Assembly (NCBI RefSeq): GCF_006345805.1
Contig: NC_043017.1
Location: 26,908,001-26,972,000 of the forward strand
From: Octopus sinensis
Lineage: Eukaryota
Length of the DNA stretch: 64,000 nucleotides
Direction: 5' to 3'
Shown here: positions 51,159 through 63,109 of the stretch, piece after piece
Layout: the number at the start of each line of letters is the position of its first letter
Position numbering within the stretch: the first letter of the stretch is position 1
Program-made: the position numbers and the translations under genes
The notes under the pieces: generated by a model
The model's database searches: none
What the model saw: the letters and a program-made list of their open reading frames with translations, nothing else
Told to the model about the DNA's origin: nothing

Positions 51159-51801
51159 TTCATCATCATCATCTTTACTAAGTTCATCCTGAAGCCCTTA
51201 TCACTCAAAGCCGCCACCATAATCTACACACCTTTCCCAAATCCACCATTTCCATCTCTGTCGCCGACGACAATATCCTTGTTAACTCTTCTTTTCCGTT
51301 CATCTCTATTTTATTATTTCGCTGCATCTCATTATTACTTTCTTCATATTTTGGCATCTAACAGCAATGTCAAGGCGCCTACACATTTAACTGGCTAAGT
51401 TATTCAATTAAAATGATGAATGATTTCAGGTTAGCATCTATCATCTCACCGCAGTAAATACAATTGTAATAATATGAAACAAAACTTCAATGAATGCTTT
51501 TATACGTTCGTTATAAACATAGGAGTAAGGAGTACAAATGCATTCAAAAATCCCTGCTCGTTCATTTGTTGATTTTCATGCTTTTTGTGCTTCTGTTAAT
51601 ATTTCGATGTTGCATTCACAAACAATGTCTTACTTGAAAGGAAAGATTTGTATTACACGGCTAACTATGATGATGAAGATGATGTTTTCTGACTACATCA
51701 GTTTCATTCTTCAAAGCAGTGCCCTGTCACATGGCCTTGGTCGAATGACTAACACAGGTTAAAGAATATATATATACATATATATATATTATATATATAT
51801 A

Positions 51802-51846
<45 letters not shown>

Positions 51847-52188
51847 TAGTTGAATGAATTGTCCTAGTATGGATAATTCGGTTAACCGATACCCGGGTAG
51901 CAAATTCACGTCAGAAAAAACACGGTTGAAGCTACATGCCAAGGGCAGAGATCACGTGCTTTCGTGTGGAAATTTGTGTGTGTTTTTTTTAATACAAATA
52001 AATGAAAGAATGGGCAGTCATCTAAAAGGTTTTGTTCATTATGATGCTGACATAAGTTCCTTGTCTTTCCTGATGAGAAGGCGGCATAATGGACCCCTTA
52101 TTCCTTCGAAATTAGGAATATGCAGTCTTCGAAACATATATCGAGAATAAAGGAATTTTGTTAAATCGTCGTTCAACTCCATTATTTC

Positions 52189-52267
<79 letters not shown>

Positions 52268-52273
<6 letters not shown>

Positions 52274-52345
52274 ACACTCATAACGTCCGGTCTGGTAATC
52301 GAAACCATGATCCTGAAATTGCGAGATCCGATGCCCTAACCACTT
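52268..52345 (-). mobile_element. SINE-C head fragment
   Basis: AACACTCATAACGTCCGGTCTGGTAATCGAAACC...GCCCTAACCACTTGACCATTG. Confidence 0.7.
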
Positions 52346-53521
52346 GACCATTGAGATTACACACACCCACGCACATGCACACACACATACACATACACAC
52401 ATATATCGTTAATTTTCTTTCAATATATATTTTTGCTGGCAATAGCCCGTCCTTTTGTTCTAAAATATCGTATCTCCAGCTGCTTCAGATGGCAAGATAC
52501 CCCAAAACGGTCAAAGTATAGTAAAAGGTTTTCCTACGGAATGTTGAAGCTATTTATACGTTTTCTGAAACAGCAACATTTTACGACACTTTAGGACAAT
52601 AGAAACGGTATATATACATACATACATACATGCTTTTATATATATATGTGTATATATATATACACATACTTGTATATAAGCAACATTAAAACTCGATAGA
52701 ACTACACTTCAGTCAACAGAAGCTAGAACCGTCCTTTAGTTTTATTCTCCACCTTCGTCTCCTTTTTGTCAATACGATTTTTAGAGACTGCGAAAAGGTA
52801 TTGCTGAGAGTAAGACATTAAGAACTAACGTCTTGAGATTGGTTGGCTTGTGACCTAAGTAGATATAATTGGAGGTTTTTATGATCGATCTTTGAGCTAT
52901 TTCAACTCTCATGTCTTCACCTCTTTCTTTGATATTCTTTTCTTCCTCTTATTGTTGGTATTGTTATTCCGTTGATACCCTTTTCTAAACACACCTACGC
53001 CGTCAATGTACTTAATTTTCATATCTGATGTTCTCTGTTTCTTTTCATCAGTAACATCGCCGCCATTTTCATCAATACCTCTATCATCATCTTCATCCAA
53101 ACCATCCACATCCTAACTACTGTTGTAAGATTGATGACATCATCATTTCGTTTTAAAATACATACCAGAATGAAATGAAATGAAATGAAATTAAATTAAA
53201 TTGAATTAAATTTTTCTTCTGTTCCCGTATATGTTTCTTGTAAGAATTACGTATATACCAGGATTTCCCTACCTTTGCCCTTTCATATATAACACAGATA
53301 ATGACTTGTGCTGCTATGCTAACGTGAACAGTATAGTTACTATCATCGGATTTCAATATTCCTGTTCTTGCTGTACTGCGCTATCTATTTTACCTATATT
53401 AAATGATTATATCAATTGTCGTTTATATGATACCCGAGAAATAGGCAGTTTCTTACTAACTAGTCTTCGTTCGTCAATAACATGATGGTTTGCAACATGT
53501 GATTAACATGATGGTTTGCAT

Positions 53522-53753
53522 AGGCGGCGAGCTGGCAGAAACATTAGCGCGCCGGACGAAATGCTGAGCGGTATTTCGTCTGCCGCTACGTTCTAAGTTC
53601 AAATTCCGCCGAGGTCGACTTTGCCTTTCATCCTTTCGGGGTCGATAAATTAAGTACCAGTTACGCACTGGGGTCGATGTAATCGACTTAATACCTATAT
53701 CTGTCCTTGTGTGTCCCCTCTATGTTTAGCCCCTTGTGGGTAATAAAGAAATA
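53522..53753 (+). mobile_element. SINE-A, full length, with GGTTTGCA direct repeat (probable TSD)
   Basis: GGTTTGCA at 53513-53520 and 53754-53761; the element ends TAATAAAGAAATA. Confidence 0.93.
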
Positions 53754-54364
53754 GGTTTGCAACACTCGTAGCACATTAGACCAATGAAGACCACATTTCC
53801 CAATGTGTCGACAACGGGTGATATACGGTCATATATTTATGCTACGAAAGGTTCTGTTGATGGTGACACATCTTTTTCCGAGGACTTAGTCTTTCTACAA
53901 ACAGTGACAGGAAGAATATTTCATTTTGGCTGTTCTTTGAAATGACAAGAGCGTCGGCACACACTTTGACTTTTTGGAAAATTATTGCACCTTGCACAAT
54001 TAAACACTCAAACATTTTTGAGAATTAGTAGAAGGGAAACATGGAAGATGTTTCAGAAAATTGTTCTCCGCTTGCCATGACACTAACAGACATTCTTTAG
54101 TGTTCAAATTTTAATCATATAGATGTCCGTATAATCGGAGTTAAAAGTTAAATAAAATGTAGCGGACTTGAACATTTTGAAAGAAATTTCGATATTTCAG
54201 ATCAAGTATAATGTAAATTGCCTTTTTACAGAAACAATGATCATTCTAACAAATTTATATATATATTCGTTAAAAATGCCTACATTGTCATTAATTTAGG
54301 TACAAACCGCACATATACATATACACACTGGCTTATGATGCCCATGCATGCTTTATAGCTGGTA

Positions 54365-54406
54365 CAAATATACATACATACATACATACATACATACATA
54401 CATACA

Positions 54407-54438
<32 letters not shown>
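54365..54438. repeat. (TACA)n
   Basis: Read directly from the sequence. Confidence 0.95.
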
Positions 54439-54441
<3 letters not shown>

Positions 54442-54604
54442 CTTGGAGATGTACTTGCATAGAAAGTGACTTGATTTGGGATCGTATGCTAAAACAAAAT
54501 CAATTGCAGCGTGGTAGAAATTTATAAGCCATTTAAGATCACAAAGAAAAAATCGTTACTTTAACTTCAACAATTAAACTTAATTTGTGTCAAAGTGCTT
54601 TCGT

Positions 54605-54736
54605 GGCCTGGTAACTGACAAAACGAGGGCTGCCAATCGTGCTATAAAAAGTTTTGACAATGAACAGGTTACGGTCTCAAATCGAAGAATTTAAAAGTTG
54701 AAGTAATCTAATGTTTGTTTTGCGTTTGCTCTGATA

Positions 54737-54783
<47 letters not shown>

Positions 54784-54857
54784 ATAGATATATAATTTCT
54801 ATAGATATATATATATATATATATATTTCTATAATATCTATATATATTATATATATC

Positions 54858-54888
<31 letters not shown>

Positions 54889-55070
54889 ATATGTATATAT
54901 ACATGTGTGTGTATGTGTGGTACCTGACAACCACGGCATGTTAACTGACAAAACGAGGGCTGCAAATCGTGCTATAAAAAGTTTTGACAATGAACAGGTT
55001 ACGGTCTCAATCGAAGAATTTAAAGTGAAGTGAATCTAATGTTTTGTTTTTGCGTTTGCTCTATATTATA

Positions 55071-55103
<33 letters not shown>

Positions 55104-55114
55104 CTATATATATA

Positions 55115-55177
<63 letters not shown>

Positions 55178-55364
55178 CTATATATATATATATCTGTATA
55201 TATACATGTGTGTGTATGTGTGAGTACCTGACAACCACGGCATGTTAACTGACAAAACTAGGGCTGCAAATCGTGCTATAAAAAGTTTTGACCATGAAAC
55301 AGTTTAAGGTCTCAAAGCGACGAATTTAAAAGTTGAAGTAATCTAATGTTTTGTTTTGCGTTGG

Positions 55365-55403
<39 letters not shown>

Positions 55404-55591
55404 ATATATAATATATAATATATATATACATGTGTTGTGTGTGTGTGAGTACCTGACAACCACGGCCTGTTAACTGACAAAACGAGGGCTGCAAATCGTG
55501 CTATAAAAAGTTTTGACAATGAACAGGTTAAGGTCTCGAAGCGACGCGAATTTAAAAGTTGAAGTGAATCTAATGTTTTGTTTTGCGTTTG

Positions 55592-55664
<73 letters not shown>

Positions 55665-55829
55665 CATGTGTGTGTGTGTGTGAGTACCTGACAACCACGG
55701 CCTGTTAACTGACAAAACGAGGGCTGCAAATCGTGCTATAAAAAGTTTTGACAATGAACACCAGGTTACGGTCTCAAAGCGGACGAATTTAAATTTGAAG
55801 TGAATCTAATGTTTTTCTTTTGCGTTTGT

Positions 55830-55881
<52 letters not shown>

Positions 55882-55902
55882 GTGTGTGGTGTGAGTACCT
55901 GA
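54605..55902. repeat. 5-unit composite tandem array: ~145-bp core plus variable (TA)n(TG)n spacer
   Basis: GTACCTGACAACCACGG at 54920, 55224, 55449 and 55684; a partial first core at 54605; terminal GTACCTGA at 55895. Confidence 0.95.
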
Positions 55903-56093
55903 TTCGGCAAAAAATTGAATAAAATCCATTTCCAAACAATTGTCACTAAAATTGTTTTTGATAAAACCGTATTAAATAATCATGCCTTGCGTATTTTCGG
56001 GACACGTGAATGATTTCGATCAGCAACCGTCTCCACTAGGCAACACATAAGATATTCAGATAATAAATCTAAACACAGAAAAAACACATAAGC

Positions 56094-56134
<41 letters not shown>

Positions 56135-56147
56135 TATATATATTATT

Positions 56148-56180
<33 letters not shown>

Positions 56181-56213
56181 ATACATATATAATATACACA
56201 TATATATATATAA

Positions 56214-56378
56214 GGCGCAGGAGTGGCTGTGTGGTAAGTAGCTTGCTAACCAGCCTCATGATTCCGGGTTCAGTCGCACTGCGTGGCACCTTGGGCAAGT
56301 GTCTTCTACTATAGCCCCGGGCCGACCAAAGCCTTGTGAGTCGATTTGGTAGACGGAAACTGAAAGAAGCCCGTCGTA

Positions 56379-56432
<54 letters not shown>

Positions 56433-56436
56433 ATAG

Positions 56437-56467
<31 letters not shown>

Positions 56468-56664
56468 TGTGTGTGTTTGTCTCCCTAGCATTGCTTGACA
56501 ACCGATGTTGGTGTGTTTATGTCCCCGTCACTTAGCGGTTCGGCAAAAGAGACCGATAGAATAAGTACTGGGCTTACAAAGAATAAGTCCCGGGGTCGAT
56601 TTGCTCGACTAAAGGTGGTGCTCCAGCATGGCCGCAGTCAAATGACTGAAACAAGTAAAAGAGT
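56214..56664 (+). mobile_element. SINE-B, full length
   Basis: Head at 56214, long internal (TA)n, tail ending AAGTAAAAGAGT. Confidence 0.95.
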
Positions 56665-57221
56665 ATATATGTCTCCGTGTCAGTGTACGTTTGCGCATGT
56701 ATGTAAGAACACAAGAGAAGTTGTTTTATGGTAAATTACGTATGGGCATAATCATGTTACCGAATTACATTTTACAGCACTGAATGCTTTCGCAGTTTAC
56801 TAAAACTCTGAAATATTCCATTTCAACTAAAAAATAATTTAGAATAAGTATGATAAAATGGATGCGCGTGTAATTATAATGAAACCGATATGTAAATTTA
56901 GGCAAATTGATTTTGAAATGGATTTGATATACTTACATTATTTTAGAATTATCAGTATCTACCTACTTATTATGAGAGTTTCCATATATCTTTCAATCCA
57001 TTTCTTATCTTTCGCATATTCTTTAGCATTTTTCAAAACGTTTTGCTTTTAAGTACCTGTTCGCGTGAGAGTGTGTGTATAGGTACAAATGTATATCTGT
57101 CTCTGTATTTATATATCTATATACATATGTACAAATGTACGTATATGCACACACAAACACACGCTTTCAAAGGCACATACATATAAATATTTACATGTGC
57201 CCCCGTGTGTATATATATTTA

Positions 57222-58445
57222 TAAGGGCTGGACTACATAATGGAAACACCAAGCAACAGAGAATCATAATACTGAAATATCTATAAAACCGTTTATCAAT
57301 TTTTTTTTTATACATGATTAATGTTGCTTAATGTGCTTTGCTAAAATTGCTGTTTCATTTCAGATATCATCAGAAAAAAAGTAATTAAATTTCATTAAAA
57401 TGACAGTTCAAAGAGGTCAAATTGTTGGTGCTCAATGACAGTAGCTACCGTAACAAAAACAGCCGAAACGTTTGGTGTATCAAGAAGTAATTTCTCGAAA
57501 GTTATGACAGCCTTTGAGAAAGAGGGTAACCAACTACGATACAAAACTCCGGAAGAAAACCAAAACTTTCAGATAGGAACCGTCGGACTTGCGAATTGTG
57601 AGGAAAGATCACAAAAGTGAAGATCCCAGAATGACTGCAGAGCTTAATGACCACCTCGAGAATCCAGTTTTCAGAAAAACGGTTCGCCGGGAGCTGCACA
57701 AAGCCGGATTTCGCGGGTGGACTGTAATCAGAAAACTACTACTTTCAAAAGTAAACGTTGCAATGCGTTTAGCGTTGAGTAAAAACCTACAGAAAAGGTC
57801 CCTAGAGCAGTGGGAGAATGCCAATTTCACCGGCGAGTCATCTTTTACCTAATTCCCCACCACCGGTCGAGTATACATATGGAGATAGCCAAATGAACTA
57901 TTTGACCTAAGTTGCCTTCTTCCAGCTGTTAAACATGGAGGAGAATCTGAGATGAACTGGAGACGTAGATCTTGGAAATCTGCCAGCCCAATGGTTTCCC
58001 CTCATGGCAGAATTAATAGCCAAAACTATTTAAGCATTTTATCTGATAAAATTCATCCTATGTTTGCGGAGTGAAACGCAATATTCCAGGATGATAATGC
58101 ACAAATTCACACAGCTCAATTCGTTACTGAATGGTACGATTAGCATTCTAGTGAAGTTGAACATCTTTTCTGGCCATCACAGACCCCAGTGGGGTTGAAT
58201 ATTATTGAACATTTATGGTGCATTTTAGAAAAACAAGTAAGGAATCTATATCCTTCACCATCATCACTGCAAAAACTGGAGACTGCTTTAGCTGAAGAAT
58301 GGAAAAAATACCTTTGGTAACAATACAAACTTTGTACGAGTCTATAGCTCATAGAATTCAATTTCTGCCAAAGGTGGGCCTACCCATATTAAAATTCATT
58401 TGTTTGAAATAAATTTTAAGGTGCTTCCATTATTTTCTCCAACCC

Positions 58446-58450
<5 letters not shown>
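57222..58450 (+). mobile_element. Tc1/mariner-superfamily transposon, full length but decayed (~1.23 kb)
   Basis: Right TIR reverse complement TACAGGGGTTGGAGAAAATAATGGAAGCACC (ends 58450) versus degraded left TIR TAAGGGCTGGACTACATAATGGAAACACC (57222). TA at the ends; transposase relic inside. Confidence 0.9.
57400..58392 (+). pseudogene. Tc1-like transposase pseudogene
   Basis: TKTAETFGVSR; KTVRRELHKAGF; FT(G)ESSF (first catalytic D mutated, 57832); VKHGG; FQDDNA; WPSQTP..LNIIEHLW; AKGGPTPY*. Contains stops and frameshifts. Confidence 0.9.
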
Positions 58451-58524
<74 letters not shown>

Positions 58525-59820
58525 TATATATATATTATATATATATATATATATAAACAAGTAATCTAGGGTAATAAGTTTGGGCAGGTTATAGTTACCG
58601 AAAAGGAGACCAGAAACATTTTGTATATATCTCTTATACATATGAAAAAAATTTTTAACGATTATAAGATCCTATCAAGGAAAATCTACTGCGAGGTTTA
58701 CAAATCATTCCATATAAGGAAGTAAGTGAAATATTTAAGAACATCAAAAGTATATTTTATACCCTTCCCATTTTCCTATATATTAAAAAGCTGAACTCGG
58801 GAGATATTAGCTTACAAGTCATAATACTGAAATTTAGTTTGATCTATACCTTCAAGCATGTTGAATAACCTTATTTCCGTGCTATAACAGAAAATCCTAA
58901 AATGGAAGCGCACCGCGCGTTAGAAAAGAAATCTGTCAAATATGGAGGTGTGATTTATACAATATATACGCTGTACACCAATACAGTTATATATAAATTC
59001 ATGGAAATTTGTAAGCGCTTACTTAAGTGTTTCGGAGGCCTATTTATTTGATAGGCAGATGTACACGAACCAAGCTCTGTGCTCTGTAAAAACGAATACA
59101 TATATCATTGCATTGCAGAAGAAAGTTAATTTCCTGAGCTACTGTAACCTGTTTAATAAAATCAGATGTACATATTTCATATATATTCACACAAACACAC
59201 TCACACATACGTACACATACACACGCACATATGATGTATGCATGTGTCACTATGGTAGCTATGATTCGAGACACCGTTCGATTGCCGGAAGGATTAATTT
59301 AAGAATCAATATAATGAAAAATTGTGTAATATGAAATTATTAGATATTGCATTAGTAACGTATCTATATTCGTATATATGTATAGGTGTGTGTAATATGC
59401 ACTGGGTGTAATTTAGCGATGACAATGATATACATATGGAAAAAAATAATCACGATGAAATTGGTGTGACGTGTGAAAACGAAAAAAAAGGAAAATTTAT
59501 TAGAGAAAAAAAAATTATATCGAGATGGAAAAAGTAAGTTGTAGCGAGGAAAAGATTTCCTAATAAAATAAATGATTAACTATACCGAATAACAGTGTTC
59601 GATATTAACATAACAATAATGCATTAACGATGAGAATAAAATAAGTATATTGTTACTTGGAAGAATTAACCGTTCAGATATTACAAGTGAGCCGCCCTCT
59701 CTGTCTCTGTATGCGTCTATATATCGCAGGTAACCCTACATTTCCCTTCCTTTATATGTGTGCGTATATTTACACGTTCACACATTCATATGGATATGCA
59801 CTCACTGATATCCATTCACG

Positions 59821-59875
<55 letters not shown>

Positions 59876-59904
59876 ATATATATATATATTATATATATAT
59901 ATAT

Positions 59905-60040
59905 ATATCGCCATGAAAGATCGGCAGCCACTACACACATTTTTCTGTCTCCTTGTTTATTTCTGTGTCTCTTTCTATAGAAGAGCGTAGGCTCGAAACG
60001 TAAAAGACTTTTTCAATACTTGAGCATTATACTAAAACAA
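59905..60040 (+). mobile_element. Penelope-type repeat fragment with variant hammerhead motif
   Basis: TCTTT-CTATAGA-A-GAGCGTAGGCTC-GAAACGTA-AAAGA (59970-60007). Confidence 0.5.
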
Positions 60041-60085
60041 AAGACCAAGACAGGTGGTGTACAAAAGGGGAGACAGAAAACAACA

Positions 60086-60182
<97 letters not shown>

Positions 60183-60435
60183 TAGCTTAAGATATCGCAT
60201 ATTCAGAACGAACTCGAAACGACCAGATTATAAATCGAGTTTTTTGACCCGGCACCCATGATTTAATGTTCAACTATCACGATTTTACTCTTTATAGTTT
60301 CTGATATTAGTCGACTCGCTGTACGTAAAACTTCTTTCTTTGCTCTACATTCATGATTGTACATTCTCCCTTGTGGATGACCTGCAGCTAAACACGTAAT
60401 AAAGAGACGGAAATAAGAAGAAGACATTATCTCAC

Positions 60436-60812
60436 CTGTGTGGTAAGTAGCTTGCTAACCAACACCATGGTTCCGGATTCAGTCCCACTGCGTGGCATCT
60501 TGGGCAAGTGTCTTCTGCTATAACCCCGGGCCGACCAATGCCTTGTGAGTGGATTTGGTAGACGGAAACTGAAAGAACCCTGTCGTATATATGTATATAT
60601 ATATATATATTGTGTGTGTGTGTTTGTCCCCTTAGCATTGCTTGACAACCGATGCTGGTGTGTTTACGTCCCCGTCACTTAGCGGTTCGGCAAAAGATAC
60701 TGATAGAATAAGTACTGGGCTTACAAAGAATAAGTCCTGTGGTCGATTTGCTCGACTAAAGGCGGTGCTCCAGCATGGCCGCAGTCAAATGACTGAAACA
60801 AGTAAAAGAGTA
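60436..60812 (+). mobile_element. SINE-B lacking its first ~13 nt
   Basis: CTGTGTGGTAAGTAGCTTGC through GAAACAAGTAAAAGAGT. Confidence 0.93.
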
Positions 60813-60849
60813 TAGTTGTAATAATTACAATGATAATTACACAAATACT

Positions 60850-61212
60850 AGAACTGGCCGCCGCTGTATATTGCCAAGGACTCCAAATTTACCATCAAGA
60901 TGTAGACAAGATACTTCGATAGCCTGGGCTTCATAGATTCACAGCTCTTCAATATCCTCTTGAAGGACCTGAGAGACCTGCATGGAGTGGATGCAGATGT
61001 TTTTAAACTAAAGCTGGTCCTCTTCCTGTCAGGTGTCCCAGATGAACCAGCTTCACGACAGGAGGTGCAGATGAGGGCAGCTGCATCGAACTCTCTCATG
61101 CACCAAATGTCAATTGCTAAAAAGCATTCGTGAAGTAAAATCCTGTAGCAACACCGAATGGCGGTGCCCCAGCATGGCCACAGCTCGTGAGCTGAAACTA
61201 AATGAAATTAAA
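60850..61212 (+). mobile_element. 5'-truncated CR1/L2-group LINE (ORF2 C-terminus and 3' tail)
   Basis: DSLGFIDSQLFNILLKDLRDLHGVDADVFKLKLVLFLSGVPDEPASRQEVQMRAAASNSLMHQ...* (60918-61133); tail GGCGGTGCCCCAGCATGGCCACAG at 61160-61183. Confidence 0.85.
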
Positions 61213-62038
61213 TGTATAATAAAACAGTTATAGAGCCTTTTTACAACACATCTTCAAGTACGAAATGCCATATATTTCTGGGCTGCTGGTGTATGTAATC
61301 GCTATGTCAAATAAAGTTTGTACAATACAGAATGGGGGGGGGGTATGGCATTAGTTTCCTATTTAAACATGATTCTTTTAGCAGCCACTCTGCAAAGCTT
61401 CGAAGCGGTGTTTTTGTTATCTCTTCCTACGTATCACTGTGAAAGCTTCTACGTTTCTTTATCAATGAATCTTACACAGAATAGCCTGCTGTTTACACAG
61501 ATAACGATCAATAGATTGGGATATTTTGTTCTTTCTTAATCATAGTATGATTCTATTCAACTCTGTACAAGCTTTGGAAACAAAATATATCATTAAATAC
61601 AAATGGGTGTGGAAGAATTGCTTGGAGGAACACAATTTCCGTGTAACATTACCATATTGCTGGCATATAATGATAGGTAGGTGTCGCAGAGTGTCGACAA
61701 TATATACAAACACATGTCGCAATTACGTAATTTTTCTTCGCATCATTCTAAGTTTTAAATAGGAAATAAGTAGACACAATGAAGTCAATGGTATATACGA
61801 ATGAAATACAATTGGGGTTGTTAGTTCTACGTTTCGGTATTATTTAGCTGTAGCTCCCGTCTCTGTATCAGGTATATAACCAGATATGTTGAAAGTCTTA
61901 AAAATCTAGTTTCCAGCATTTTTTTTAATGTAACATCATGTTGCAGTATTTGAGAATTTAATGCAATATTCTCGTGGGTCGTGCTTCGAAGTAATGCCTT
62001 TTTCTGTTACTCTCTTTCTTCCTCACATCCTGTCAATC

Positions 62039-62082
<44 letters not shown>

Positions 62083-62413
62083 GTACTTGTCTGAAGCCCC
62101 AGATTCCATGATGAACTTTGTCAGTAGGCAATGTTTACTGTTTTATCAAAATCTACATCTCTGTATTAAAAATTTATTATAGAAATATTTCATACACTCC
62201 TTATTAAAATATCTTCTGCTATGTTATCTACGTCTCAGCACCATCTGACAACTTTGAGACTTCATTATAGTTCCGCAGAGGTCGATATTTCATTTAAAAT
62301 TTTTCAAATACTATTTTAGTGTAATCCATTGGTCCCTCCCCTGTCATTGCTGGACTTGTGCCTAAATGTGAAATCATTATTATCATAATTTTTGTTACTG
62401 TGAGAAAAGAAAC

Positions 62414-62470
62414 GATACAAAATATAGATTAATCACAAACCAGGTTTGTGATTAATCCATATTTTGTATC
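62414..62470. repeat. 57-bp palindrome (28-bp arms, 1 mismatch, 1-nt centre)
   Basis: GATACAAAATATAGATTAATCACAAACC-A-GGTTTGTGATTAATCCATATTTTGTATC. Confidence 0.97.
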
Positions 62471-62910
62471 TGTTCATTTGTCTTACTCGCTTACATTCTG
62501 GCGTTTGCTAAGTTTCCTTGAGAACATTCCTTTCTTAGTGGTAAGACCATAGCGGATCTTCTTCTAGCATAACGGATGTCCACTTATAGGTCATCCCTCT
62601 TATATGTATGTAATATATTTTTTCTGAAACTTCAGATTTTACTATATGCTAGACCACTAGATTTAAATTGATATTGATCAAATTAATATTCAATTTTTCA
62701 TCTTTTCGTTTTGAGAGGATATTATTTGAGCAGTTATATTGGATTTATAGCGGTTTTGACTGTTATTTCTAGACGTGTAATGGTGTGTTATAACCCTCTC
62801 CGTTATAATTGTAACTTATTCTAAATTATATATGTTTCTTTGAGGAAATAAAGATTTTAATTGCATGTTCTGGCCACTGATATATACATAAATAATTTTG
62901 AATTGTTCAC

Positions 62911-62970
<60 letters not shown>

Positions 62971-63109
62971 TGTATGTATGTATGTATTTAAGAAAGGAAT
63001 GAATGTTAAAATACATTAGGTAAGATGCATCGTGAACAATTCAAAATTATTTATGTATATATCAGTGGCCAGAACATGCAATATATATATATATATATAT
63101 ATTGCAATA

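Noticed and set aside
50500-51192. 199-aa Ser/His-rich ORF at 50593
   Set aside because: Decayed (ATC/GTC)n running into an antisense SINE-A.
54605-55902. CRISPR-like repeat-spacer layout
   Set aside because: The repeats are ~145 bp, the spacers are microsatellites rather than unique sequence, there are no cas genes, and the context is eukaryotic.
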